DNA of 32,000 bases from Demequinaceae bacterium (GCA_965250005.1 OZ252279.1:1260001-1292000); one strand, 5' to 3'. Shown: positions 8,512 to 19,662, counted from the first letter of the stretch. Numbers and translations are program-made. Notes: a model not told the origin generated them from the sequence alone.

Positions 8512-10158
8512 ATGAGAGCAACACGCGTGTCTGGCCCGTCGCCCCCACGGGCGGCGAGATGGGCCTTGCTCGCTGTGCCACTTGCATTCCTCGCACTGTT
8601 CTTCGTGTGGCCGCTTGGCGCGCTCGTGTGGCGCGCGCTCGCCGATGCGGGGCTAGCGGTCGACGCATCGACTCTCACCCTCGAGCGCACCTGGCGCGTT
8701 ATCGGGACTACCTTCGGACTCGCCGCAATCGGAACGTTCTTCGCGCTGCTGGTAGGGCTACCTGCGGCGTGGGCGCTGTTCACCATGCGCTGGAAGGGGC
8801 AGCGAGTGGTGCGAGCCCTCCTGAGCGTCCCGTTCGCTTTGCCTACCGTAGTGGTAGCCGCCGCCTTCTCTTCGTTGCTACGCCCATCAGGGTCGCTTGG
8901 CTTCCTCGGCGCAGATCAGACCCTGGCGGCCATCGGGATCGCCCTCGCCTTTTTCAACGTGCCTGTCGTGTTGCGCGTGGTCGGAGGCGGATGGGCGTCG
9001 CTCGATCACGGGACGGCGGTCGCGGCGCGGTCACTCGGCGCCAACCGATGGCAGGCGTTTAGGCACGTGACGCTTCCGGCGCTCACCCCCGCGCTCGTGT
9101 CCGCGGCCGCCATTGTCTTCTTGTTCTGTGCGACGTCATTCGGGATTGTGCTCATCCTCGGCGGCACACGCGTCTCGACCGTCGAAACCGAAATCTGGCT
9201 GCAAGTCAATCAGTTCCTCGATCTGCGCGCAGCCGCCGTCCTGGCAGTGATTCAAGTTGCGATCGTTGCGGCGACGCTGGGAGTTGCCGCATGGGCGCGA
9301 GCGCGGCGCGAGCGGCATTTGCGGCGACTCACCGAGGCATCCGACCGGCGGGCGGTCGGCGGTGATCGGCCGTTTGTGATCGTTGCGCTCGTTCCTGCGG
9401 CGGCGTTGTTCTTGCTGCCCATGTCCGCACTCCTGGAGCGATCGCTGCGAACGTCCGCGGGCTGGGGGGTCGATCACTATCTCGCGCTTGCCGTTGCTCC
9501 GAACGAAAGTGCGCTGTCGAGTCCTGTTTGGGAGGCAGCGCTGAACTCACTGGAGGCGGCGGCGATCGCAACGGCGATCGCTGTTGCCCTTGGGCTGATC
9601 CTTGCCCACGGCCTCACCCACACTCGACGGCCGGCATGGATTGACGGGTTGGCGATGCTTCCTCTCGGAGTGTCCGCCGTCGTCATCGGACTCGGCGTGT
9701 TGCTCACGCTCAACCGGCCTCTACCGGGTGGGCTTGACCTAGGGGACCCACGCATCCTCATCCCGGCCGCACAGGCGGTGATCGCGCTTCCTCTGGTTGT
9801 CCGGAGTCTCACGCCCAGCCTGCGCTCCGTCGATCCGGCGCTTCGCTCGGCCGCGGCTTCCCTGGGCGCGGGCCCATGGCGGATTTGGCGCGAGGTTGAT
9901 TGGCCGGCCGTTCGGCGCCCGCTCGCGCTGGCGTCGGGGCTCGCGGCCGCCGTCTCGCTCGGCGAGTTCGGAGCCACTAGCTTCCTCGCACGGCCGGACC
10001 ACCCGACACTGCCAACGGCGATCTTCCGATTACTATCAAGACCCGGGCTGGAGAATGTCGGTATGGCATTTGCCGCATCCGTGGTCCTGGCGCTTGTTAC
10101 CGGGGGCGTAATGCTCACAGCGGAACGATGGCGAAAGATCGAAAGGAGCGAGTTGTGA
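8512..10158 (+). CDS. thiP: Thiamine ABC transporter permease (two permease domains)
   Basis: 548 aa multi-TM; two permease modules (YPxL..ALPA-type EAA loops around GTAVAARSLGANRWQAFRHVTLPAL and ALRSAAASLGAGPWRIWREVDWPAV). Confidence 0.9.
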   Translation: MRATRVSGPSPPRAARWALLAVPLAFLALFFVWPLGALVWRALADAGLAVDASTLTLERTWRVIGTTFGLAAIGTFFALLVGLPAAWALFTMRWKGQRVVRALLSVPFALPTVVVAAAFSSLLRPSGSLGFLGADQTLAAIGIALAFFNVPVVLRVVGGGWASLDHGTAVAARSLGANRWQAFRHVTLPALTPALVSAAAIVFLFCATSFGIVLILGGTRVSTVETEIWLQVNQFLDLRAAAVLAVIQVAIVAATLGVAAWARARRERHLRRLTEASDRRAVGGDRPFVIVALVPAAALFLLPMSALLERSLRTSAGWGVDHYLALAVAPNESALSSPVWEAALNSLEAAAIATAIAVALGLILAHGLTHTRRPAWIDGLAMLPLGVSAVVIGLGVLLTLNRPLPGGLDLGDPRILIPAAQAVIALPLVVRSLTPSLRSVDPALRSAAASLGAGPWRIWREVDWPAVRRPLALASGLAAAVSLGEFGATSFLARPDHPTLPTAIFRLLSRPGLENVGMAFAASVVLALVTGGVMLTAERWRKIERSEL

Positions 10159-10808
10159 ACGGACTCGAGTTGGTCGGCGCCAGCGTTACGTACCGGAGTG
10201 CCCCGCCGGTCAATGCGGTACAGGACGTAAGCCTGTCGATCGCGCCCGGCGAGGTCGTTGCACTTCTGGGCCCGTCCGGCTGCGGAAAGTCGACACTCCT
10301 CGCCGCGATTGCTGGCATCGTTCCCTTGACGAGCGGCTCGATACTTTGGGACGGAGATGATGTCGAAGACACCCCTGTCCACGAACGAGGCTTCGGTCTC
10401 GTGTTCCAAGACGGGCAGTTGTTCCCGCACCGCAATGTCGCCCGCAACGTCTCGTTCGGACTCGAGATGGCCAAGGTCGCGATTGCCGAGCGCGAGGTCC
10501 GCGTCGCGGAACTTCTCACCGTGGTTGGCCTGCCCGATCACGGCTCCCGACGGATCGACGAGCTGTCAGGCGGCGAGCGACAGCGCGTCGCCCTCGCACG
10601 GTCGCTCGCGCCGCGCCCGCGCCTGCTACTGCTAGATGAACCTCTGAGTTCTCTGGATCGCGTGCTGAGGGATCGGCTCGCGCAGGATGTGCACGACATC
10701 CTTGCTGAGACACACACCACGGCTATCGTCGTGACGCACGATCATGACGAGGCCGCAGCTATCGCGTCGCGCACGATCGTGATGGAAGCTGGTCGGATCG
10801 AGGATTAG
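10155..10808 (+). CDS. thiQ: ABC transporter ATP-binding protein, thiamine uptake
   Basis: ORF listed from 10128, but GTG at 10155 overlapping thiP stop (GTGA) is the likely start: VNGLELVGASVTYRS; Walker A GPSGCGKST, signature LSGGERQRVALARSL, Walker B LLLLDEPLSSLD. Confidence 0.88.
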   Translation: MNGLELVGASVTYRSAPPVNAVQDVSLSIAPGEVVALLGPSGCGKSTLLAAIAGIVPLTSGSILWDGDDVEDTPVHERGFGLVFQDGQLFPHRNVARNVSFGLEMAKVAIAEREVRVAELLTVVGLPDHGSRRIDELSGGERQRVALARSLAPRPRLLLLDEPLSSLDRVLRDRLAQDVHDILAETHTTAIVVTHDHDEAAAIASRTIVMEAGRIED

Positions 10809-10847
10809 CGCGCACGTCAGCGCCAGAACGCCGCGCATGCCGCCGAA

Positions 10848-11291
10848 CTAACAATCGCAGTGAATGACCTGGCCGTCCGGTGATGCCGGTGCCGTGAGCG
10901 GGTCTGGAACACGCGTAACGTCGCCCTCCGCCGCATCCACCGGCAGGCCCTCGCGTGCCCAGTACTCGAAACCGCCGATCATCTCCTTCACCGCGTACCC
11001 AAGAGAGGCGACCACGTGTGCCGACTTGGTCGCGCCGTTGCACCCCGGGCCCCAGCAGTAGATGACGAACTCGATGTCGGCCGCGTACTCGGCGGGAATC
11101 CTGCGCGCCATGTCGACGCGCGGCATGTGCACGGCGCCGCGCACGTGACCCTGGTTCCACGCTGCGTCACCGCGGCTGTCGAGCAGTACGAATGTAGCCG
11201 TCCCATGGTCCAGCGCCTCGTGCACGTCAGAAGCGTCGTACTCGAAGTCCATCTTGGCGGCAAAGTAGGCCGCGGCGTCGTCATTGGTCAT
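10848..11291 (-). CDS. Rhodanese-like domain protein
   Basis: 147 aa; LLDSRGDAAWNQGHVRGAVHMP and active-site loop YCWGPGCNGATKSA. Confidence 0.88.
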   Translation of the reverse strand: MTNDDAAAYFAAKMDFEYDASDVHEALDHGTATFVLLDSRGDAAWNQGHVRGAVHMPRVDMARRIPAEYAADIEFVIYCWGPGCNGATKSAHVVASLGYAVKEMIGGFEYWAREGLPVDAAEGDVTRVPDPLTAPASPDGQVIHCDC

Positions 11292-11384
11292 GGCGCCAGG
11301 ATACGGCGCGGATGGGGCCAGGCCGGCCGAGTCTAGTGCGGGGGCGGACGCCCCCGCGGGCCCTCAGTTCGCGGCGCCGTACCC

Positions 11385-11411
11385 AAAGTTGAGTATGTAT
11401 CGCTCAACTTT
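11385..11411 (+). promoter_or_regulatory. HAIR-like HspR operator 1
   Basis: AAAGTTGAG-N9-CTCAACTTT, perfect 9-bp arms; HAIR consensus is CTTGAG-N9-CTCAAG. Confidence 0.75.
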
Positions 11412-11422
11412 CGCGATCTCAC

Positions 11423-11450
11423 TTGACTTTGGCCTCAAATCCCCCATACT
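11423..11450 (+). promoter_or_regulatory. Probable dnaK promoter (-35 TTGACT, -10 CATACT)
   Basis: TTGACT-N16-CATACT located between and overlapping the two HAIR-like elements. Confidence 0.55.
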
Positions 11451-11469
11451 TGAGTCTTAGTGGCTCAAC
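11449..11469 (+). promoter_or_regulatory. HAIR-like HspR operator 2
   Basis: CTTGAG-N9-CTCAAC immediately downstream of the -10 element and 25 bp upstream of the dnaK start. Confidence 0.8.
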
Positions 11470-11494
11470 TTGGAGCCCGAAGGAAGGAACACGC

Positions 11495-13348
<1,854 letters not shown>

Positions 13349-13357
13349 CCGAGTGCT

Positions 13358-13385
13358 GGGCGTGAGGGCGCTTACCCTCACGCCC
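13358..13385 (+). terminator. Intraoperonic hairpin between dnaK and grpE
   Basis: GGGCGTGAGGG-CGCTTA-CCCTCACGCCC, perfect 11-bp arms, no U-tract; may be an attenuator or processing/stability element. Confidence 0.5.
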
Positions 13386-13408
13386 TCCTCGCGCAACATA
13401 GGAGCGCC

Positions 13409-13996
13409 ATGACTGACAAGAATCCCGCGGCCGACGAGCCGCAAGACCCATCCACCGGAGCGGCGGCGAAGTCAACCGCGGACGCCAAGGCCGTGGCTGA
13501 CGCGGAGGCGATCATTGCTGACGCTGCCGAGACCATCGAGGACGCTCCTCCGGCCCGGCCGACGAGCCCGCTCGAGGCAGCCGAAGCATCAGCAGCCGAG
13601 CACCTCAACGATCTTCAGCGCCTCCAAGCTGAATTCGTCAACTATCGCAAGCGCGTCGATCGCGACCGCGCGCAGGTGAGCGAGTTCGCCGCAGCCAAAG
13701 TCATCGAGTCCCTCATCCCGGTGCTCGACGACGTCCACGCGGCGCGCGACCATCAGGAACTCGAAGGCCCGTTCTCCGCAATCGCGGACAAGCTTGAAGC
13801 CGCCCTCGAGCGACTTGGGTGGAGCTCCTATGGCGCGGAAGGCGAGCATTTCGACCCCGCGTTGCACGAGGCGCTGGTCTCAACCCCCGAAGAGGGCGTC
13901 AAGGAGCCGACCATCAAGCAGGTTGCCCAACCTGGCCACAAACTGGGTGACAAGGTGCTGCGGCCCGCCCGCGTCATCGTCGCTCAGCCCGAATAG
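13409..13996 (+). CDS. grpE: Nucleotide exchange factor GrpE
   Basis: 195 aa; HLNDLQRLQAEFVNYRKRVDRDR, ALLSTPEEG, LGDKVLRPARVIVAQPE; located dnaK-grpE-dnaJ. Confidence 0.96.
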   Translation: MTDKNPAADEPQDPSTGAAAKSTADAKAVADAEAIIADAAETIEDAPPARPTSPLEAAEASAAEHLNDLQRLQAEFVNYRKRVDRDRAQVSEFAAAKVIESLIPVLDDVHAARDHQELEGPFSAIADKLEAALERLGWSSYGAEGEHFDPALHEALVSTPEEGVKEPTIKQVAQPGHKLGDKVLRPARVIVAQPE

Positions 13997-14038
13997 CTCC
14001 CGTGCCGGCCGTGCACGCTCAACCCGGAAGGAGGCACC

Positions 14039-14977
14039 GTGACTAGTCAGGATTGGTTCAGCAAGGACTTCTACAAGACGCTCGGCGTGCCCAAGGGCGC
14101 AGACGAGACTGCCATCAAGAAGGCTTACCGCCAGCTCGCGCGCAAACTTCACCCGGATGCGAGTCCCGGCGACGCCAAAGCCGAGGAGCGGTTCAAGGAA
14201 ATCGGCGAAGCGTACGCAGTGCTGTCCGACAAGGAGCAGCGCAAACAGTACGACGCTGTGCGAGCCATGGGCGGCGGAGCGCGCTTCCAGTCGGGCGGCG
14301 GAGGCGCAGAAGACGCATTCAGTGGAATGTTCGGTGGTGGTGGCCGACGCAGTGGGGGCGGATCCACGCGCGGCTTCGAGGACATCCTCGGGGGAATGTT
14401 CGGTGGTGGCGGCTTCAACATGGGACCTCAGCCGGGTGCTGACCTGAACGCCGCCACAGAAGTCTCGTTTCGACAGGCCGCTGAGGGGGCGACCGTGCGC
14501 CTGCTCGTTGGCGCCAACGCGGTGTCCACGCGCATTCCCGTCGGCGTGCGCGACGGCCAGAAGATCAAGCTGCGAGGCAAGGGCCAGCAGAGCCCCAACG
14601 GCGGGCCGCCGGGCGACCTAGTCATCACCATTCACGTGGGCAAGCACCCCGTGTTCACGGCTGACGGCACGCACCTACGCGTCCGCGTCCCGATCACGTT
14701 TGACGAGGCCGCGCTCGGTGCCACCGTCGAGGTACCGACGCTCGACGGGTCGCGCGTCAAGATGAAAGTGCCGGCCGGCACTTCCTCCGGTCAGACGCTG
14801 CGCGTGAAGGGTCGCGGGCTCGCCGCCAAGGCGGGTACCGGCGACCTCCTCGCCACCATCGAGGTCCACGTGCCCCCGAAACTGTCGAAGGCCGCAAGGT
14901 CCGCGCTCAAAGAATTCGCCACCGCTACCGAGCGTGAAGACGTTCGCGAGAGTTGGCTGCGCGACGCGGCACAGTAA
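14039..14977 (+). CDS. dnaJ: Molecular chaperone DnaJ (DnaJ1/CbpA-like, no zinc-finger domain)
   Basis: 312 aa; J domain [38 protein letters not shown]-rich region, C-terminal substrate-binding domains; no CxxCxGxG repeats. Confidence 0.94.
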   Translation: MTSQDWFSKDFYKTLGVPKGADETAIKKAYRQLARKLHPDASPGDAKAEERFKEIGEAYAVLSDKEQRKQYDAVRAMGGGARFQSGGGGAEDAFSGMFGGGGRRSGGGSTRGFEDILGGMFGGGGFNMGPQPGADLNAATEVSFRQAAEGATVRLLVGANAVSTRIPVGVRDGQKIKLRGKGQQSPNGGPPGDLVITIHVGKHPVFTADGTHLRVRVPITFDEAALGATVEVPTLDGSRVKMKVPAGTSSGQTLRVKGRGLAAKAGTGDLLATIEVHVPPKLSKAARSALKEFATATEREDVRESWLRDAAQ

Positions 14978-15027
14978 GTTGATAGAGATCACTGTGGTGA
15001 CCAAGGCTCGACAACAGGGAGGCGGCG

Positions 15028-15429
15028 ATGAAGCAGCCCAACATTGACGAGCCAGTCTTCCCCATATCCGCGGCCTCAGAACTTGCGGGAATGCACGCTC
15101 AGACGCTCCGCCAATACGACAGGCTCGGGCTGGTTGTTCCTGGACGGCGACGCGGTGGTGGCCGCCGCTACTCGCTGCGCGACATTGCCACCCTCCGCGA
15201 GGTCCAGCGCATGAGCCAAGACGAGGGCATCAATCTCGCTGGAATCGCCCGCATTCTCAAACTGACCGAGACCGTCGCGCGGCTCGAGGCCGAAGTTCAG
15301 AAGCTTCGGCCGCGCGCCGACGTCGGCTCCCGTGTGTTCACATCAGGTCCGTCCGGGAAGGTCGTCATCGTTGAGCGCGGCCACCGCGGGGATCGCGACG
15401 AGGGCAGGTCCCTCGTCGTGTGGCGATGA
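15028..15429 (+). CDS. hspR: MerR-family heat-shock repressor HspR
   Basis: 133 aa; VFPISAASELAGMHAQTLRQYDRLGLVVPGRRRGGGRRYSLRDIATLREVQRMSQDEGINLAGI; terminal gene of the dnaK operon. Confidence 0.95.
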   Translation: MKQPNIDEPVFPISAASELAGMHAQTLRQYDRLGLVVPGRRRGGGRRYSLRDIATLREVQRMSQDEGINLAGIARILKLTETVARLEAEVQKLRPRADVGSRVFTSGPSGKVVIVERGHRGDRDEGRSLVVWR

Positions 15430-15574
15430 CGCCATCCTTCGCCACACCGCACGCGGCACGTTCACGCGACTGGACCGTCAGACTTCCATCGCGACCGGGC
15501 TCGAGCCCAACCTAGACTGACCTCATGCCCATCGATCTGGCGCGCGCGCCGACACCCGTGCGGCCGAATCGGTC

Positions 15575-16699
15575 GTGCACCTCAACAACGCTGGCGCCTC
15601 GCTCCCACCTGCCGCCGTGATAGACGTGGTTCACGAGCAGCTCCGGCAAGACGAGGAGCTCGGCGGCTACGAAGCTCACGAGAACGCGGCAGACAAACTT
15701 GCGGAAGCCCACGCGTCGGTTGCCTCCCTAGTGGGCGGAAAGCCCGAACAAGTCGCTTTCCTCGATAGTTCCACGCGAGCGTGGCAGACGGCGCTCTACT
15801 CGCTGCCATGGAAGGAGGGCGATCACATTCTGGCGTCCGAGGCCGAGTACCCCTCGAACGTTTACGCATTTCTGCACCTGCGTGATCACTTGGGCGTTGA
15901 GACCACCTACGTACCCGACGACGAGCACGGGCAGATTAACGTAAATGCGCTACAGGCGGCAATCCGGCCAAAGACGCGCCTCATCGCTCTCACACACATT
16001 CCAACGTACGGCGGCCTCATCAACCCAGCCCAGCGCGTGGGTGAGATCGCGCGGGGCGCAGGCGTCTTGTTCCTGCTCGACGCTTGCCAGAGTGTGGGGC
16101 AACTTCACATCGACGTCGAGGAAATCGGCTGCGACATGCTCACCTCCGCCGGCCGCAAGTACCTTCGAGGACCGCGCGGAACTGCCTTCCTGTGGGTGCG
16201 CAATGAACTAAGTACGGCCATGAGCTCCGCGTTCTCGGACAACCATGCGTCCAGTTGGACCGCACCAGAAGCATTTGTGCCTGCGCCATACGCGCAAAGG
16301 TTCGAGCCGTTCGAGAGCTCACGAGCGCTTCACCTGGGCCTCGGCGCAGCAGCGCAATACGCCATGAGCATCGGTACAAGAAACATCGAGGAGAGGGTCA
16401 TTGCGCTCGGCGCCAGCCTGCGATCCGGCCTTGAAGAAATCCGGGGTGTCGAGATTCACGATCGCGGTGAGCGCCGAGGAGGGATAGTGACGTTCACCGT
16501 CGACGGGTTCGCGCCCAGCGCCGTCAAGACGGCTCTAGGCCACGCGCACATCAACACATCGATAACGTCGACGGGGTCGGCGATGCGAAACTTCCCTAAA
16601 CGTGGTCTGACCGATGTCTCGCGCGCATCCGTCCATTACTACAACACCGACGAAGAAATCGCTGCAACAACGGATGTGATCCGCGCGCTCGTCGCTTAG
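15575..16699 (+). CDS. PLP-dependent aminotransferase class V-fold enzyme (cysteine desulfurase/EgtE-like)
   Basis: 374 aa from a GTG; HLNNAGASLPP, LLDACQSVGQLHIDVEEIGCDMLTSAGRKYLRGPRGTAFLWV (PLP-Lys motif SAGRKYLRGP). The N-terminus probably extends upstream in a different frame (see findings). Confidence 0.85.
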   Translation: MHLNNAGASLPPAAVIDVVHEQLRQDEELGGYEAHENAADKLAEAHASVASLVGGKPEQVAFLDSSTRAWQTALYSLPWKEGDHILASEAEYPSNVYAFLHLRDHLGVETTYVPDDEHGQINVNALQAAIRPKTRLIALTHIPTYGGLINPAQRVGEIARGAGVLFLLDACQSVGQLHIDVEEIGCDMLTSAGRKYLRGPRGTAFLWVRNELSTAMSSAFSDNHASSWTAPEAFVPAPYAQRFEPFESSRALHLGLGAAAQYAMSIGTRNIEERVIALGASLRSGLEEIRGVEIHDRGERRGGIVTFTVDGFAPSAVKTALGHAHINTSITSTGSAMRNFPKRGLTDVSRASVHYYNTDEEIAATTDVIRALVA

Positions 16700-16708
16700 G
16701 GTGATTTG

Positions 16709-17680
16709 GTGACTTCAGACAACGCAGTCGAGGCCGAGGGCCTCGTCAAGAATTTCAAGGAAACCAAAGCTCTCACGGGAATAGACCTTGCCGTACCGCG
16801 CGGCACGGTACTCGGAGTCCTCGGGCCCAATGGTGCTGGCAAGACCACGGCTGTACGCATTCTCGCCACGCTCCTACGCGCCGATGCGGGCCGGGCAATG
16901 GTTGCTGGCTACGACGTCGCCAAGCACCCACAGCGTGTTCGCGAGCGCATCGGTCTTACAGGGCAGTACGCCTCTGTCGACGAGGACCTCACGGGACGCG
17001 AGAATCTCCACATGATCGCGGGGCTTCTCAACTTCACGGGCGCCGACGGCAAGGTGCGCTCGGCCGAGTTGCTCGACTGGTTTGACCTCGCCGAAGCCGC
17101 CGACCGCAAGGTAAAAGGATATTCGGGCGGTATGCGGAGGCGGCTTGATCTTGCCGCGAGCCTCATCGGTCGGCCCGAGATCGTGTTCCTCGACGAGCCG
17201 ACAACTGGCCTCGACCCCGCCAAACGCGAGGACATGTGGGACGTGGTGCGCGGGATCGTCAGCGAGGGGACGTCGGTCCTGCTCACGACGCAGTACCTTG
17301 ACGAGGCAGACGCACTAGCCGATGACATCATCGTCATCAACCACGGAACGGTGATCGCGCACGACACTGCCGACAACCTCAAGCGCGTAGTCGGGTCGCA
17401 GACACTCCAGGTACGACCATCGCACGCGGTCGACGCTTCCAAGGTCAAGTCGATCCTCACGTCTGTCGCACCTGGCGCCAAGGTCGACGAACCCCGCAAG
17501 GGCCTGTTCTCCGTGCCAGTTCCAGGCGACGGCGTGCTGGCCGCGGCGGTCACTGCGCTCAAGAAGGAGAAGGTTGACGTGACCGAACTTGCGTTGCGTT
17601 TGCCCAGCCTTGACGAAGCCTTCTTCGCTCTGACAGGCGAGAGAGAACCCGACGCCACTGACGAGGAGGATGCGGCATGA
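16709..17680 (+). CDS. Daunorubicin-resistance (DrrA)-type ABC transporter ATP-binding protein
   Basis: ~323 aa; Walker A LGPNGAGKTTAVRILATLL, YSGGMRRRLDLAASL, Walker B IVFLDEPTTGLDP, C-terminal SLDEAFFALTG. Confidence 0.92.
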   Translation: MTSDNAVEAEGLVKNFKETKALTGIDLAVPRGTVLGVLGPNGAGKTTAVRILATLLRADAGRAMVAGYDVAKHPQRVRERIGLTGQYASVDEDLTGRENLHMIAGLLNFTGADGKVRSAELLDWFDLAEAADRKVKGYSGGMRRRLDLAASLIGRPEIVFLDEPTTGLDPAKREDMWDVVRGIVSEGTSVLLTTQYLDEADALADDIIVINHGTVIAHDTADNLKRVVGSQTLQVRPSHAVDASKVKSILTSVAPGAKVDEPRKGLFSVPVPGDGVLAAAVTALKKEKVDVTELALRLPSLDEAFFALTGEREPDATDEEDAA

Positions 17681-18513
17681 GCGCCCCGAGCGCCCCGCCC
17701 GAGCACGCGACCACCTCAGATGTAACTCACGGCGTCGGCACGATTGCGCGTCGGCCGCTGGACATCGTTCGGCACGCCACAATCCTTGCGCGGCGATCCG
17801 TCACCAAGATTTTCAGGACTCCCGAGGGGCTCATTGACGTCACCCTCGGCCCGATCATGTTCATTTTCCTGTTCACCTTTATCTTTGGTGGCGCTGTTGC
17901 TGGCTCGAGCGAGAACTACGTGCAGTTCCTTGTGCCGGGCATCATCGGCCAGAACATTGCATTTGCTTCCGTTGGAATCGGCATCACGCTCAATGCGGAC
18001 ATCGAAAAGGGAATTTTCGACCGATTCCGGGCGCTTCCGATCGCGCGCCTCGCTCCGCTGCTGGGTGCCGTGTTCGGTGACGTCGTGCGCTACGTGCTCC
18101 TGATCACCGTGATGCTCGGCACTGGGTTCGCGCTTGGCTTCCGAGTCGAGACGTCGCCTTGGCACGCCGCAGGCGCGGTCGTGCTGGCCATCACCTTTGC
18201 TTTGTCTCTCGCATGGGCGCCAGTTTTGGTCGGCCTTCTCGCGCGCACCCAGCAGGCCGTTCAAGGCATCGTATTCATGACCCTATTTCCTCTCACGTTT
18301 GCGTCAAGCGCGTTCGTTCCAACGGAGACCATGCCGAGTTGGCTCGCGGCGTTCGCCGATGCAAATCCACTGTCCCACCTTGTAGGTGCTATGCGCGCTT
18401 TGTTCGGCGGTGGGGAATGGCAAGCGCACACGGTCTGGACGCTCGGTTGGTGCGTCGTTTTCCTCGTGGTTTTCATGCCGCTCGCAATCCGCGCGTACAA
18501 CCGCCGGGCGTAG
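17677..18513 (+). CDS. ABC-2 type transporter permease (DrrB-like)
   Basis: 278 aa, about six TM segments; overlaps the ATPase stop by 4 nt (ATGA). Confidence 0.9.
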   Translation: MSAPSAPPEHATTSDVTHGVGTIARRPLDIVRHATILARRSVTKIFRTPEGLIDVTLGPIMFIFLFTFIFGGAVAGSSENYVQFLVPGIIGQNIAFASVGIGITLNADIEKGIFDRFRALPIARLAPLLGAVFGDVVRYVLLITVMLGTGFALGFRVETSPWHAAGAVVLAITFALSLAWAPVLVGLLARTQQAVQGIVFMTLFPLTFASSAFVPTETMPSWLAAFADANPLSHLVGAMRALFGGGEWQAHTVWTLGWCVVFLVVFMPLAIRAYNRRA

Positions 18514-18617
18514 CACGCACACGGTTTAGACCAGCGGCGTAAGATCGTGGGCAGCATCAGGCCACCACGTGTGCAGACGCGGTCTATCCACGCATCGACC
18601 CGAGTAGGATTCCCCTC

Positions 18618-18648
18618 GCCTCGCGGGCACCGAGGGCACCCGCGAGGC
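18618..18648. terminator. Hairpin between converging genes, candidate bidirectional terminator
   Basis: GCCTCGCGGG-N11-CCCGCGAGGC perfect 10-bp arms between convergent drrB-like (ends 18513) and the 18706-19476 gene. Confidence 0.5.
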
Positions 18649-18705
18649 TGGAAACGAGAACAACTACTGCAGTAGTCCAAGGGAAGGGACGGAGAGAGAG
18701 GTGGA

Positions 18706-19476
18706 CTACCGCTGCAGCGTGCTCAAGAGTTCGACCGCGTCGTCATGGGCGCCCGGAAGGGGCTCGACCCACACTCGCGGAGGTTGACGCGTCAAGTTTC
18801 CGACGCGCATAGAACTAGCGCGTTCCGAGATGTGCTCGCGGAGCGCCGCGATCCCGGCGCCCAGTTCTTGGCCACGCTTGACGAGGACAGCGTAGAGTCC
18901 GTCGCTCAGGTGTGCGATCGGGTGTCCGTCACCGTACGCACCTCTAAGCGCCGCGCCGACAGCGGCGTTGCGCGCGATGCGCTGCCATACGTCTGAGTCC
19001 ACTACGGAGACATCGACGATCACGAGCGCGTGCGTGTCGCCAACGACCGCGCCCGTCTCTCCTGCCATTCCGTAAACTTCAACAAGGCGCTGAGACAGGT
19101 AGTCGACCGTGCCGAGCCCGGATTCCGGGTCACGCACGCCAGTCTGGTTCTGGGAATTGGCCGATCCCCGCGTCCAACCCTCGCACAACGCGCGAACGGC
19201 GCGGATGGGGGTGTCCTCGTAATTCGCGGTGCGGAACACAATCGCGAGGTCGTCAATTGCCTCGGTTATCCCCACTCCCGCGTTGGCGCGTGCTTCACCC
19301 AACCGCGCGGCTGCGGGGGCAGTGTCCAGGTTCGCCTCCACGGCTTCCACCAAGGCGTCGACAGCTGGCGTGTACCAGTCCATTGGCCGTAGCCATACGG
19401 ACTCGACGCTTGCCTCCCGCCACTCGGTGAGGAGCGTACTGCCAGCGGCTGGGCCAGTTACGTTTGCAGTGGTCAT
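18706..19476 (-). CDS. Hypothetical protein with degenerate GGDEF (diguanylate cyclase-like) domain
   Basis: 256 aa; RDPESGLGTVDYLSQRLVEVY resembles the D-x-x-TGL-x-N-RR-x-L entry motif of GGDEF domains and HLSDGLYAVLVKRG occupies the place of (R)xGGDEFAVLL; catalytic GGDEF residues absent. Confidence 0.55.
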   Translation of the reverse strand: MTTANVTGPAAGSTLLTEWREASVESVWLRPMDWYTPAVDALVEAVEANLDTAPAAARLGEARANAGVGITEAIDDLAIVFRTANYEDTPIRAVRALCEGWTRGSANSQNQTGVRDPESGLGTVDYLSQRLVEVYGMAGETGAVVGDTHALVIVDVSVVDSDVWQRIARNAAVGAALRGAYGDGHPIAHLSDGLYAVLVKRGQELGAGIAALREHISERASSMRVGNLTRQPPRVWVEPLPGAHDDAVELLSTLQR

Positions 19477-19662
19477 GCACTATGAGAGGCACCCGGTCCC
19501 GGGTTATGACGCGCATTGCGCAAGCAATCTAGGGGTCGCCAGAAGGGCAGTGCGATGTGACGAACTCCGCACCCTCCTGACTTGCATCGCAATCGCAACC
19601 AATGGACGATTGAATGTAAGAGGAGTGCGTGGCGCCGTGCCATGTACTGTGCGAGGAGAGCG

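Noticed and set aside
9477-10541. 354 aa minus-strand ORF
   Set aside because: Fully antisense to thiP/thiQ, composition typical of a shadow ORF in high-GC DNA, no recognisable motif.
11338-11357. GCGGGGGCG-GA-CGCCCCCGC hairpin between the rhodanese and dnaK
   Set aside because: A perfect but very short-looped GC palindrome in an extremely GC-rich stretch; no gene orientation for which a terminator is needed here, so chance is likely.
16706-18513. Named antibiotic resistance (daunorubicin) determinant
   Set aside because: DrrAB-type ABC-2 exporters are very common and substrate cannot be inferred; only the family is called.
18706-19476. Active diguanylate cyclase
   Set aside because: The signature position reads SDGLY rather than GGDEF/GGEEF, so catalytic activity is not supported.
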